A stretch of 32,000 nt of DNA from Bellilinea caldifistulae (GTDB lineage Bacteria > Chloroflexota > Anaerolineae > Anaerolineales > Anaerolineaceae): contig NZ_LGHJ01000011.1 in assembly GCF_001306055.1 (NCBI RefSeq), positions 1 to 32,000 on the forward strand, read 5' to 3'. Shown here piece after piece: positions 17,501 through 24,542 of this stretch (its first letter is position 1; every line of letters starts with the position of its first letter). The position numbers and the translations under genes are program-made. The notes beneath the pieces are model-generated. The model did no database searches and was not told the origin of the DNA. It worked only from the letters and a program-made list of their open reading frames with translations.

Positions 17501-18563
17501 CTTTGAGGGATTGATCAACCGTTCCAAGCGATTTTCCCGCGATGAGTTTGTCGCAAATTTTGGCGGAATTGTGGAAGATGTATCTGCCATGCTGGCAAGT
17601 GACTTATCCCGTAAGGCAATTGCCGAGGCTCGCGAATACATCGAATCCAAAGGTGAAGAGTTATTGCCTAACCAGATGCCACGACTTCAAAGGTATGATT
17701 TTGGAAATTTGGAGTCCGCTTCTGAATTATTAGACGGTAAAGTAGCCGCTGTAGATGGTACCCCTGTTCTGCCACTTCAAAAGTATTCATTTGGTCAGGC
17801 TTTGTGCGTTGGTATAGGTAGCCGTTCGTATGTACGTCCGCTGGAAGATGTTCTACACGGCTATACAACCCAAGCAATAGTTAGGGGACTGTCTCACGAA
17901 AAAAGCGAGGATATGAAAGCCTTTTTCACACAGCTCGAAGAAGAAATTGCTGGCATCTCTCTGACTGCTTACATGAGGTACTTCGAGTCTGTTCATGCGT
18001 TGGAAATCAGCGAGCCATATATCTTCTGTGACGGAACCTTAATCTATCAATGGCTGAGCAACATAGAAATTGGCCGAAATCTATATAAAAAGCTGCTCAA
18101 AGAAAAAAAGGTTATTGGGGTTATCAAGAGCTTGAAAGAGAGTGTTCTTCTTTCTTGGTTGGGACGTGCCCTCAAAAGTGGCGAAGTGTTCTTCGCCCAA
18201 ACCTTTTATGAACATGTCGAGCGACAATCTACGGCACAACAGAGAGAAATTCAATGGCTGAACGACCAGGAATTTGTCCAAGAAGCTAAGCAAATCTGGC
18301 GCGGTGTTTTCAAACCTCGCCAAAAAGCCTTTGGTTTTGAAGTTCATCTGGATCATATAGCTCCAATGTTGCGGATTATGGTTGCTGACTGTCAGATGAA
18401 CCATCTGGGACATGAGATTCCCTTTCTGCTGAATACGGTTGATAAAGAGATTCGCAACTTCTTCAAGAGCAAAGTTTTGCAAACGCAAATTGCAGCCCAA
18501 CTTTCCGACTTATCGGAGAACATTTTTTTTGAAGAAATGGAAGAAAGACTTTTTAGAGAATAA
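17484..18563 (+). CDS. NurA-like nuclease candidate (partner of the HerA-like ATPase)
   Basis: Start at MSNRFDF (GAGGAG upstream; 17-nt overlap with the preceding gene). The motifs KVAAVDGTPVL and PYIFCDGTLIY resemble the two conserved DG(S/T) acidic motifs of NurA domains. It is adjacent to a HerA-type ATPase. The assignment rests on motifs and context only. Confidence 0.45.
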   Translation: MSNRFDFEGLINRSKRFSRDEFVANFGGIVEDVSAMLASDLSRKAIAEAREYIESKGEELLPNQMPRLQRYDFGNLESASELLDGKVAAVDGTPVLPLQKYSFGQALCVGIGSRSYVRPLEDVLHGYTTQAIVRGLSHEKSEDMKAFFTQLEEEIAGISLTAYMRYFESVHALEISEPYIFCDGTLIYQWLSNIEIGRNLYKKLLKEKKVIGVIKSLKESVLLSWLGRALKSGEVFFAQTFYEHVERQSTAQQREIQWLNDQEFVQEAKQIWRGVFKPRQKAFGFEVHLDHIAPMLRIMVADCQMNHLGHEIPFLLNTVDKEIRNFFKSKVLQTQIAAQLSDLSENIFFEEMEERLFRE

Positions 18564-18571
18564 AACAGCAA

Positions 18572-18593
18572 GAGAGGGCTTTTCTGCCCTCTC
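18572..18593 (+). terminator. GC hairpin just after the operon stop (weak terminator)
   Basis: GAGAGGGC-TTTTCT-GCCCTCTC lies 9 nt after the stop. The trailing sequence CTGCTTTCC is only moderately T-rich. Confidence 0.4.
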
Positions 18594-18595
18594 CT

Positions 18596-18628
18596 GCTTT
18601 CCGTAGTTCACGGATACCCTCACGAAGT
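18596..18628 (+). other. Degenerate, inverted partial copy of the 5' half of the neighbouring tRNA
   Basis: GCTTTCCGTAGTTCACGGATACCCTCACGAAGT on the plus strand. Compare the tRNA sense strand (minus strand): GCCTCCGTAGTTCAAGGGATAGAACAGCACCCTCACGAAGT. Exact blocks: CCGTAGTTCA (10 nt), GGATA, ACCCTCACGAAGT (13 nt). Confidence 0.65.
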
Positions 18629-18674
18629 AAATTCATCATACTCGCTATCCCTGAAAATTTCAAGCCCTTCCAAC

Positions 18675-18703
18675 AAAAAAGCGGGCTTACCCAGCCCGCT
18701 TTT
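18675..18703. terminator. Bidirectional rho-independent terminator (operon on +, tRNA on -)
   Basis: AAAAAA-GCGGGCT-TACCC-AGCCCGC-TTTT. A T-run follows the hairpin on both strands. Confidence 0.7.
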
Positions 18704-18714
18704 CGGCAAGCGGG

Positions 18715-18786
18715 CGCCTCCGGCGGGATTCGAACCCGCATTCACACTTCGTGAGGGTGCTGTTCTATCCCTTGAACTACGGAGGC
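18715..18786 (-). tRNA. tRNA: anticodon CAC (Val) in the canonical register, but with an Arg(ACG)-like body and an atypical anticodon arm
   Basis: Cloverleaf read by eye: acceptor GCCTCCG/CGGAGGC; D-arm GTTC-AAGGGATA-GAAC; anticodon arm GCACC-CTCACGA-AGTGT (C31.A39 mismatch, G37); 4-nt variable loop; T-arm GCGGG-TTCGAAT-CCCGC; discriminator G. CCA is not encoded. Confidence 0.8.
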
Positions 18787-18828
18787 ATGACACTTGCCGA
18801 GGTCACCCTGGGCGGAGTTGCACCGCCC
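18787..18828 (-). repeat. tRNA-proximal copy of the intergenic hairpin module
   Basis: Plus strand: ...CACTTGCCG-AGGTCACCCT-G-GGCGG-AGTTGCA-CCGCC. It has the same order as the modules at 22833-22883 and 24543-24595 (TTGC, TCAC(C)CT, then a stem with loop AGTTGCA). Confidence 0.55.
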
Positions 18829-18892
18829 CAAGACACTACGCAGGGTGAGATGGCCGGGCTCTTGTAAGCCCGGCTTTGTGTTACGCCGCCTG

Positions 18893-19162
18893 CTACACAC
18901 TCTGCTCGGTCAGCAGTTTCACCGCGGCAATGTGCTTGCAGGGTTTCTGCCGCTTGGTGAAGTCCGGGCAGGTACAAGCCCATGTGCCGTTTTTGGTGAC
19001 CATGTATTCATGGGGTTTCCCGCTCATCGTGGAATTGACCACCCACGCAATTCCGGGAATAAAGACGATGACGGTAAGCTGTTTCTGAATCAGCCCCATC
19101 ATCGCCCGGTAGGCCCGTGCGTTTTGGGGGTCGTCCAACAAGGCATCGCTGGTTTTCGACAT
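18893..19162 (-). CDS. SWIM zinc-finger protein
   Basis: Trimmed to MSKTSDALL (AAAGGAGG 9 nt upstream). SWIM signature WACTCPDFTKRQKPCKHIAAV (C-x-C-x(n)-C-x-H). Confidence 0.75.
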   Translation of the reverse strand: MSKTSDALLDDPQNARAYRAMMGLIQKQLTVIVFIPGIAWVVNSTMSGKPHEYMVTKNGTWACTCPDFTKRQKPCKHIAAVKLLTEQSV

Positions 19163-19210
19163 GGCAGTTGTCCTCCTTTTCCCGGTGCGCCGCACCACAC
19201 CGGGAGAGTA

Positions 19211-19450
19211 TTAGTCTCCCCGGTGCAGCGGGGTTCTGAAAGGTTTGCCAATTGACTTGATGACGGAAATCGGCTGGCCGTACACAATCCCACCATCAGC
19301 AGAACGCCAGGCGTGGGTCGTGTACAACCGCCTGCCCCGTCCCAAGAGCCTCATCCACACCACCCAAAGTTCATCACTCAGGTCAGTGACGATTGTGATG
19401 ACAAAGGTGCTTTTACCAATCCTGACGATTTCGCCCACTTCCGGTCTCAT
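19211..19450 (-). CDS. Hypothetical small protein
   Basis: ATGA start/stop overlap with the upstream gene implies translational coupling. The last ~6 codons run into a conserved leader hairpin, so the true stop or extent is uncertain. Confidence 0.5.
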   Translation of the reverse strand: MRPEVGEIVRIGKSTFVITIVTDLSDELWVVWMRLLGRGRRLYTTHAWRSADGGIVYGQPISVIKSIGKPFRTPLHRGD

Positions 19451-19812
19451 GGCGCATCCTCGATTTGAGCGGGTTCTTCTTCGTCAGTCAGCACCGCGCC
19501 GCAGTCGAGGCAGTGGACTTCCTCTTTCAGGTCGTCCCATACCTCCCCGGCGGAGTAGTGATACCCGCCGGTGGTGACAGCAGTGGTGCGCCGGTGAGGA
19601 CATTCTTCCTGCTGGTGCAGGTAGGCATCGGTCAGGTAGCGGATTTCATCGTAGACATGCTGGTTGAGCGCATCTGCCAGATGATCGGACAGGTACTCGA
19701 TGAAGTTCCGCCAGTCTTTGGGTTTCTCCCGCCGATAAGCCAATGCGTAGAAGATGTCCTCCTCCGTAACGGTGAGGCTGGCAACAATGTTGCCCGGTGT
19801 GATGGATACCAT
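19447..19812 (-). CDS. Hypothetical protein (121 aa) with C-terminal CxxC pair
   Basis: GGAAGGAGG 7 nt upstream of the ATG. Protein-like acidic composition. ...ECPH...HCLDCG... Confidence 0.65.
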   Translation of the reverse strand: MVSITPGNIVASLTVTEEDIFYALAYRREKPKDWRNFIEYLSDHLADALNQHVYDEIRYLTDAYLHQQEECPHRRTTAVTTGGYHYSAGEVWDDLKEEVHCLDCGAVLTDEEEPAQIEDAP

Positions 19813-19978
19813 AGCAATCCTCCTTCCCCCGGCGCGTCCCGCACCGCTCCGGGGAATGTGGTGATTCCCCGTGCGGGCGGGTTGATGGGAAAAGAAAGGT
19901 GCAGCGTTTTGCAGGCGTATGTAACCATGTTAAGGTGCAGAAAGTCGGCAGGGGCGGGGTGAGGCCCCTGCCTTTGCG

Positions 19979-20773
19979 CTAAACCGCTCCGTCCCCAACG
20001 GCGGGCTCTGCCAGCCCGCCGGCGATCTGATTGAACTTCACCAGCAGGTCATCCCGCAGGAAGGTCAAATGCAGATTGCCGTTGCCGTAGCGTTCCCACT
20101 TGAAGTACTCGGTCTCGCCCTTGCGGGCTGAGGACAGGCCGTCTACCAGCGGGCTGCTGTACGAATCGAACGGGAAGGGCTTGCCGTCCAGCAGGTGAAA
20201 GATTTTATCCACCTGAATCAGGTGGCGGCGGGGTCGTGGATAGATGTTCACATAGAAGGGCGTTTCGTGAACCAACCCTTCCAGGATGATTTTCTTCCCC
20301 ACACTCACCCGCCCGTTCTTCTGGTTGGTCTTGTACTCGTCATGCCAGCCTGCTCCGGGGCGAAGGAAGTCAAAGGCTTCGCGAATCATCTCCGCAAAGA
20401 GTTCCTTTGCCGCTCCACCGGCCAGCAGTTCCATGATGGCTTCCTCGCTCGGCTCAGGGATGTTTCTTATCCCCTGCCCGTTGCCTTCCAGAAACTGCTC
20501 GAAGCGTTCCAGCCGAGAGACGGACAAGACCTTTTCCACCCCGCTGGCTCCCAACAAAGCCTGCCAGGTCGAGCGTTTCAACTCCACCAGCCGGTCATCG
20601 CGGAACATGACTGCCCGGTAGGATACTGCCGAGCCAATCCCGGCGTTCTCTGCCGCTTTCAAGACAGCCTCTAACTCCCGGCAGTGGTACTCGATGGCGG
20701 CTTTGGTCTGCCGGTAAGCCGAAAGCACCTCGCTGACCGTGTAGGGTTTTTGGATTTCGCTAAAAACAGACAT
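19979..20773 (-). CDS. Hypothetical protein (264 aa)
   Basis: The listed 327-aa ORF is trimmed to MSVFSEIQKPYTV (GAAGGAGG 7 nt upstream). The removed N-terminal extension translates the structured leader. Any resemblance to DUF4942-type proteins is only a vague recollection. Confidence 0.7.
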   Translation of the reverse strand: MSVFSEIQKPYTVSEVLSAYRQTKAAIEYHCRELEAVLKAAENAGIGSAVSYRAVMFRDDRLVELKRSTWQALLGASGVEKVLSVSRLERFEQFLEGNGQGIRNIPEPSEEAIMELLAGGAAKELFAEMIREAFDFLRPGAGWHDEYKTNQKNGRVSVGKKIILEGLVHETPFYVNIYPRPRRHLIQVDKIFHLLDGKPFPFDSYSSPLVDGLSSARKGETEYFKWERYGNGNLHLTFLRDDLLVKFNQIAGGLAEPAVGDGAV

Positions 20774-20952
20774 GGTTTTCCTCCTTCTCCCGCCGTCTGC
20801 ACCCGGCGGGAAACTGATGTGTTTCCCCCGGTGCAGCGGGGTTGAAGGACGATTGGGACGGTTGCGGTATTCGCCTGTTAAGGTGCGGTGCAAACACCCT
20901 TGCGGGTGGTATTGCCGGATGGCGCAGGCAGGTAGCCTGCGCTTGTTTGAAA

Positions 20953-21360
20953 TCAGGCGCATTTCTTTTCGGCAATCTTTCGGATGGTGTACAGCACTCC
21001 AGAGATGAAGTCCTGGTCATCCCACTCGGCATTGATCCGTTCAACAACCTTGTCCAGCCCGTTTTCAGCCCAATATAGTTGGAACGCTAGAGGCAGCCGG
21101 TTTCGGACAAGACCGTACTGCAAAGCTGAGTAAATGACATACTCTCGTGAAAACGGTATAGAGTTGGCGAGCCGTTTTTCTATTTCTTGCAAGGCTTTCT
21201 CTATGGAGATTTCATGAATCACAATTGTGACAACACCTTTTTCCCGCCTCTCAATGTGAAAGCCGTTTTGCAAGGCTTTTTCTCGCAAGCGAAAACACTC
21301 CCAACCGTCTTTACACTCCTGCATTGACCCGCCATAATATTGAGATTTTCGCATTGCCAT
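20953..21360 (-). CDS. Hypothetical protein (135 aa)
   Basis: AGAGGAGG upstream of the ATG. Balanced composition in a region where spurious frames are Arg/Pro/Ala-rich. Confidence 0.65.
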   Translation of the reverse strand: MAMRKSQYYGGSMQECKDGWECFRLREKALQNGFHIERREKGVVTIVIHEISIEKALQEIEKRLANSIPFSREYVIYSALQYGLVRNRLPLAFQLYWAENGLDKVVERINAEWDDQDFISGVLYTIRKIAEKKCA

Positions 21361-21813
21361 CGTTTTCCTCCTCTGCCCCTGTCCGTGACCAGGGGCGAAT
21401 CTTGTGGATACGCCCCGTCACGGCGGGGAAAAGAGAAGGTTGAGAAAATGCGCCTGATATTCACCTGGTAAGGTTCGGAATGCGTTGTTTGGGCAGCCGC
21501 ATCCCTGCCGTTCCCACGTACGACTTTACCGGTGGTGCATTTGCACTCGCGGAAGTCTCGGCACTATTGTCGGAGCCGTGCCGCCCGGATGTTCCTGTGG
21601 TCGCTCCGGTCTGTCCGGCGTCCCGGTCTTTTGCTATCGCGCTCCTGGCGTGCGCTCACGCACAGCGGATAAGTGCCTAGCAAGTGCGTGGAATGGACTG
21701 GTTAAGGTGCAGTGCCAGATCAATCGCTCCGGCGGGCAGGAATTGGCGGTTAGAGCCGGACTGGGTAAGCCCGGCTCGTCCCCGCAGGGGGGTGCAGATG
21801 ACGGTCAATCGGA

Positions 21814-22626
21814 CTAGCCAGCGTAGGCGGCTTGTAGTGCGAGGAAGGCGCGCGCCATGCGCTGCAAGTGGACGTTTTCAGGCTTGCCTTGCGGGTCGAA
21901 GCCCTTGCCGTCCGTGTTGGCGCACCAGCGCACCCAGCCCTGACCTACCGGCCCGGACTGCCACACTTCGGCAATGGTCTTGTCCTTCTGCTTGCCGAAG
22001 TGGATGACCGTTTGCCCGGGGTCGGCCAGTTCGCCTTCCCCAGCCGGTTCAGCAGCGGCGGGAGCAGGCTGCGGTTTCGGCGCAGGGGCAGGTACAGGTT
22101 TTGGCGCATACGCTTTGCCATTACCGTTGCCGTTCGGGGCGGGTTGGAAGTCCTTGTGTGACCGCAAACCCAGATACACGCTTTCCTGGAAGCCGATGTT
22201 CGACACGGCATTCCCCAAAGCGTTGGTAATCGCCCCTTTCATGGCGTAGGCAATGTTGGCGTTCTCGCTCGCACCGGTGGCATGCACGGAGCAGTTGTAC
22301 TGGATATTCCCGTCAACGAGTTTGTACCAGAAGCGCAGGTGGGTGAGAATGGCCGCATACACGCCGTACTCGTTGCCCTTTGCGTTGGTGCGGGACTCGT
22401 AGCGGTATTCCAGATTGGCAGGGTCGTACTCATACCCCCAGCCCAGACCGCACAACCCGAACACATGGTTGAGGGTTTTCCTCATCCAGTTCGGGTCAAT
22501 ATCGGTTAAGTCAACCGCTCCCGGCAGTGCCTTGTACGCCCCGGCGGGCAGTTCTTGATCCAACTGCTGGATGGCTTCTTCCAGCGTCAGACCGGTCAGG
22601 GTGAAGATGTTGGAAAGTGTGGACAT
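21814..22626 (-). CDS. Rad52/22-family single-strand annealing protein (phage recombinase-like)
   Basis: GAAGGAGG upstream of the ATG. DPNWMRKTLNHVFGLCGLGWGYEY...ANIAYAMKGAITNALGNAVSNIGF matches the Rad52/Sak-type pattern (...kgA.TdAlkra...G). A Pro/Ala-rich linker leads to a small C-terminal domain. Confidence 0.65.
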   Translation of the reverse strand: MSTLSNIFTLTGLTLEEAIQQLDQELPAGAYKALPGAVDLTDIDPNWMRKTLNHVFGLCGLGWGYEYDPANLEYRYESRTNAKGNEYGVYAAILTHLRFWYKLVDGNIQYNCSVHATGASENANIAYAMKGAITNALGNAVSNIGFQESVYLGLRSHKDFQPAPNGNGNGKAYAPKPVPAPAPKPQPAPAAAEPAGEGELADPGQTVIHFGKQKDKTIAEVWQSGPVGQGWVRWCANTDGKGFDPQGKPENVHLQRMARAFLALQAAYAG

Positions 22627-22832
22627 GGTAAAAACCTCCTTCGTGAGATTGTTTCACGCCCCCGTCCGCAGCCGGGGGCAAACGAGTGTGTTGCCCTGCT
22701 GCGTCAGGGGAGTACCTGAACGGCCTCGCTCCACCGCTCACGCTTGACCGTCAGCGGCAGAGGGAGACCGTCCAGGCAGAAGGCTTTACCAGTCCCTGTC
22801 CCTTCGCCCTGCTTGATTGACCGTTTTCACCT

Positions 22833-22883
22833 GTTAATGTGCTGCCCCTTGCGGGGAAATCACCTGCCCGGAGTTGCACCGGG
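22833..22883 (-). repeat. Complete copy of the intergenic hairpin module
   Basis: Plus strand: GTTAATGTGC-TG-CCCC-TTGC-GGGG-AAA-TCACCT-G-CCCGG-AGTTGCA-CCGGG. Confidence 0.6.
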
Positions 22884-22938
22884 TAACCTCGTCAGGTGGA
22901 GTTTTCAGATGGGCAGGGCTGGGTAGCCCTGCCAAGTG

Positions 22939-23214
22939 TTACTCGCTCGCCTGAAATTCGGAAATCTGCGTCCGCCATATCAACTCCAACAAGGGAGTGA
23001 CCTGGCTCTGCCAGTCCGGGACTACCTTCGTGAGGCATTCCAGACACAAGGCGTCTCCATCCACCACAGGGACGGGACGCAGGGGTAAGTCGCTCAGACA
23101 CATATCGCAAATGACCTCGTCCGCCGCCAGAGTCGGGCCAACAACCTCGACATCGCCATAATGCAAAATATAGGCGGGGCGTTCTTCGGGTTCCCAAAGG
23201 GTAATCGTTGTCAT
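22939..23214 (-). CDS. Hypothetical small protein with CxxC...CxxC (zinc-ribbon-like)
   Basis: AAAGGAG upstream of the ATG. ICDMC...CLEC. It is the first gene of the leftward gene string, next to the operator. Confidence 0.6.
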   Translation of the reverse strand: MTTITLWEPEERPAYILHYGDVEVVGPTLAADEVICDMCLSDLPLRPVPVVDGDALCLECLTKVVPDWQSQVTPLLELIWRTQISEFQASE

Positions 23215-23331
23215 GGCTGTTCTCCTTTCGGGTCAGTGCCGCACCACTGACCCATGTAGGTATGAGTCAGTGGCTGGAGCGGCAGCCCGATGGAGAGAGG
23301 CGAGCGATATAACTTTGTTAAGGTGCGGGAG

Positions 23332-23360
23332 TTGACACTCGCAGTCATTTGTTATAACAT
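23332..23360 (+). promoter_or_regulatory. Sigma-70-like promoter for the RHH gene
   Basis: TTGACA (23332-23337), 17-nt spacer, TAACAT (23355-23360). It overlaps the palindromic operator. GGAG lies 8 nt before the ATG at 23395. Confidence 0.5.
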
Positions 23361-23376
23361 TGTTATAACAAATGAC
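23344..23376. promoter_or_regulatory. 33-bp perfect palindromic operator in the divergent control region
   Basis: GTCATTTGTTATAAC-ATT-GTTATAACAAATGAC: 15-bp perfect inverted arms with a 3-nt spacer. It also contains TTGTTATAACA twice in direct order. Confidence 0.75.
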
Positions 23377-23394
23377 CACTTGGAGAAATTCTCT

Positions 23395-23808
23395 ATGAAG
23401 ATCAAAGGCTTTCGTCTTTCTGACGAAACTCAGACCCAGATCGCCTGGCTGGCCAAACGAAAGGGGGTAACGGCTACCGACATCGTCCGCATGGCCGTCG
23501 CCGAGATGTTCCAGCAGGAAATCGCACGCCTGCCCCGCTTCCGGTTGCACGAACGGGTCTTGTATCTCAACGAACAGCCTGTGGTGTATTGCACCGACCG
23601 CTTGCTGACCGAACTCCCCGAAACGTTTCTGCTTCAACTGGAGCACGGTACGGCCGATCCCATAGAGACGATGATCTATCTCATCTTCACCATCGCCCGC
23701 ATCGGGGAGCCTGTTCAGATTGATGAACAGGCTCTGAATGACCTCATCGGCTGGTCGCTCCCCTTCCCCAAAAACGAGGAAAGCAATCAGGATGAGGGGC
23801 GCGGGTAG
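23395..23808 (+). CDS. Ribbon-helix-helix (CopG/Arc-like) regulator with C-terminal extension
   Basis: Trimmed to MKIKGFRLSDETQTQIAWLAKRKGVTATDIVRMAVAEMF. This is the classic RHH layout: beta strand (KGFRLS), then two helices. Confidence 0.7.
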   Translation: MKIKGFRLSDETQTQIAWLAKRKGVTATDIVRMAVAEMFQQEIARLPRFRLHERVLYLNEQPVVYCTDRLLTELPETFLLQLEHGTADPIETMIYLIFTIARIGEPVQIDEQALNDLIGWSLPFPKNEESNQDEGRG

Positions 23809-23818
23809 CGCCCCTCAT
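23792..23818. terminator. 11-bp GC hairpin between convergent genes
   Basis: ATGAGGGGCGC-GGGTA-GCGCCCCTCAT overlaps the RHH stop codon. There is no clear T-run, so terminator function is uncertain. Confidence 0.4.
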
Positions 23819-23828
23819 GGGGCAAGAG

Positions 23829-24062
23829 TCACGTCTTGGGGCGCATCATCTCGATGGACACCAGGATAAGACGGAGGGTCTCCAGGACTTCAGGTGAAAT
23901 CTCGACCTGCTGACCTGCGAGAAACTCTTCCACCTCCTTCCTGGCCTTCGGGTCTCGAATGCGCTTGCGAATCTCACGAACGAGTTCTTGCGCTTCTTTC
24001 TCCGAAAGAACACGCCCACCGATCCGCACCCCGTGCTCTTGCCAGTCACGGTTTTTAGGCAT
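23829..24062 (-). CDS. Hypothetical small protein (77 aa), helical and charged
   Basis: Trimmed to MPKNRDWQEH (GGAGG 7 nt upstream). The removed extension is Arg-rich leader translation. Confidence 0.55.
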   Translation of the reverse strand: MPKNRDWQEHGVRIGGRVLSEKEAQELVREIRKRIRDPKARKEVEEFLAGQQVEISPEVLETLRLILVSIEMMRPKT

Positions 24063-24542
24063 ACCGCACCTCCAGAAGGAATTGGGGCGGCAACCGTCCT
24101 GGCGGGTGACCTTCCCCCGTCTTTTCGAAATGAGACGGCGGAAAGTCACGCTTCCGAAAGCCTTTGCTGGTTGTTAAGGTGCAGTTCCGGGTTTATCCGC
24201 CCGGTCGGTGATGTCGGCATGGCAGGCAGGGAGGGTAACCCTGCCTGACGGGGGATTGGACGCCGCAACCCGTTCCCGGACTTGCCGGAGTTTGCGCCCG
24301 CTCCCCCTGACTAGGTTGGGGTCTTGCAGGCACTCACCTCCTTTCGGACGGACTTTGGCGTCCGGCGGGGCAGAGCCGGAATTGTGTCTGTACGGCTTCC
24401 GCTTTGCCGTACACATCCCCCAGTCTTGAAGAGGTCATCTCGATCCCTATCTTGCGGGGAACGCCTGATTTATTCTGCTCCCGCCGTGACCGCCCTGCCG
24501 GATTTGCACCGGCGCTACTGCGAGGGCGGTTTGGCTTGCTTT

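Noticed and set aside
9961-18563. A classical type I R-M (HsdR/M/S).
   Set aside because: No protein in the window has SF2/DEAD-box helicase motifs or HsdR size. The only ATPase is HerA/FtsK-type (a P-loop of the VirB4/HerA kind).
18553-18741. Minus-strand 62-aa ORF.
   Set aside because: It overlaps the tRNA gene, the bidirectional terminator and the tRNA-like fragment.
20774-20962. Long N-terminal extensions in the ORF track (for example the 327-aa form of 19979-20962, the 106-aa form of 23829-24149 and the 159-aa form of 24657-25136).
   Set aside because: The extensions are Arg/Pro-rich, contain the conserved leader hairpins and lack SDs. Internal starts have strong GGAGG sites at the correct spacing.
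21480-22007. Plus-strand ORFs 21480-21680, 21485-21817 and 21684-22007.
   Set aside because: They are Arg/Pro/Ala/Cys-rich translations typical of off-frame GC-rich DNA. They have no SD, overlap each other and overlap the antisense of the Rad52-like gene. I treat the region as non-coding.
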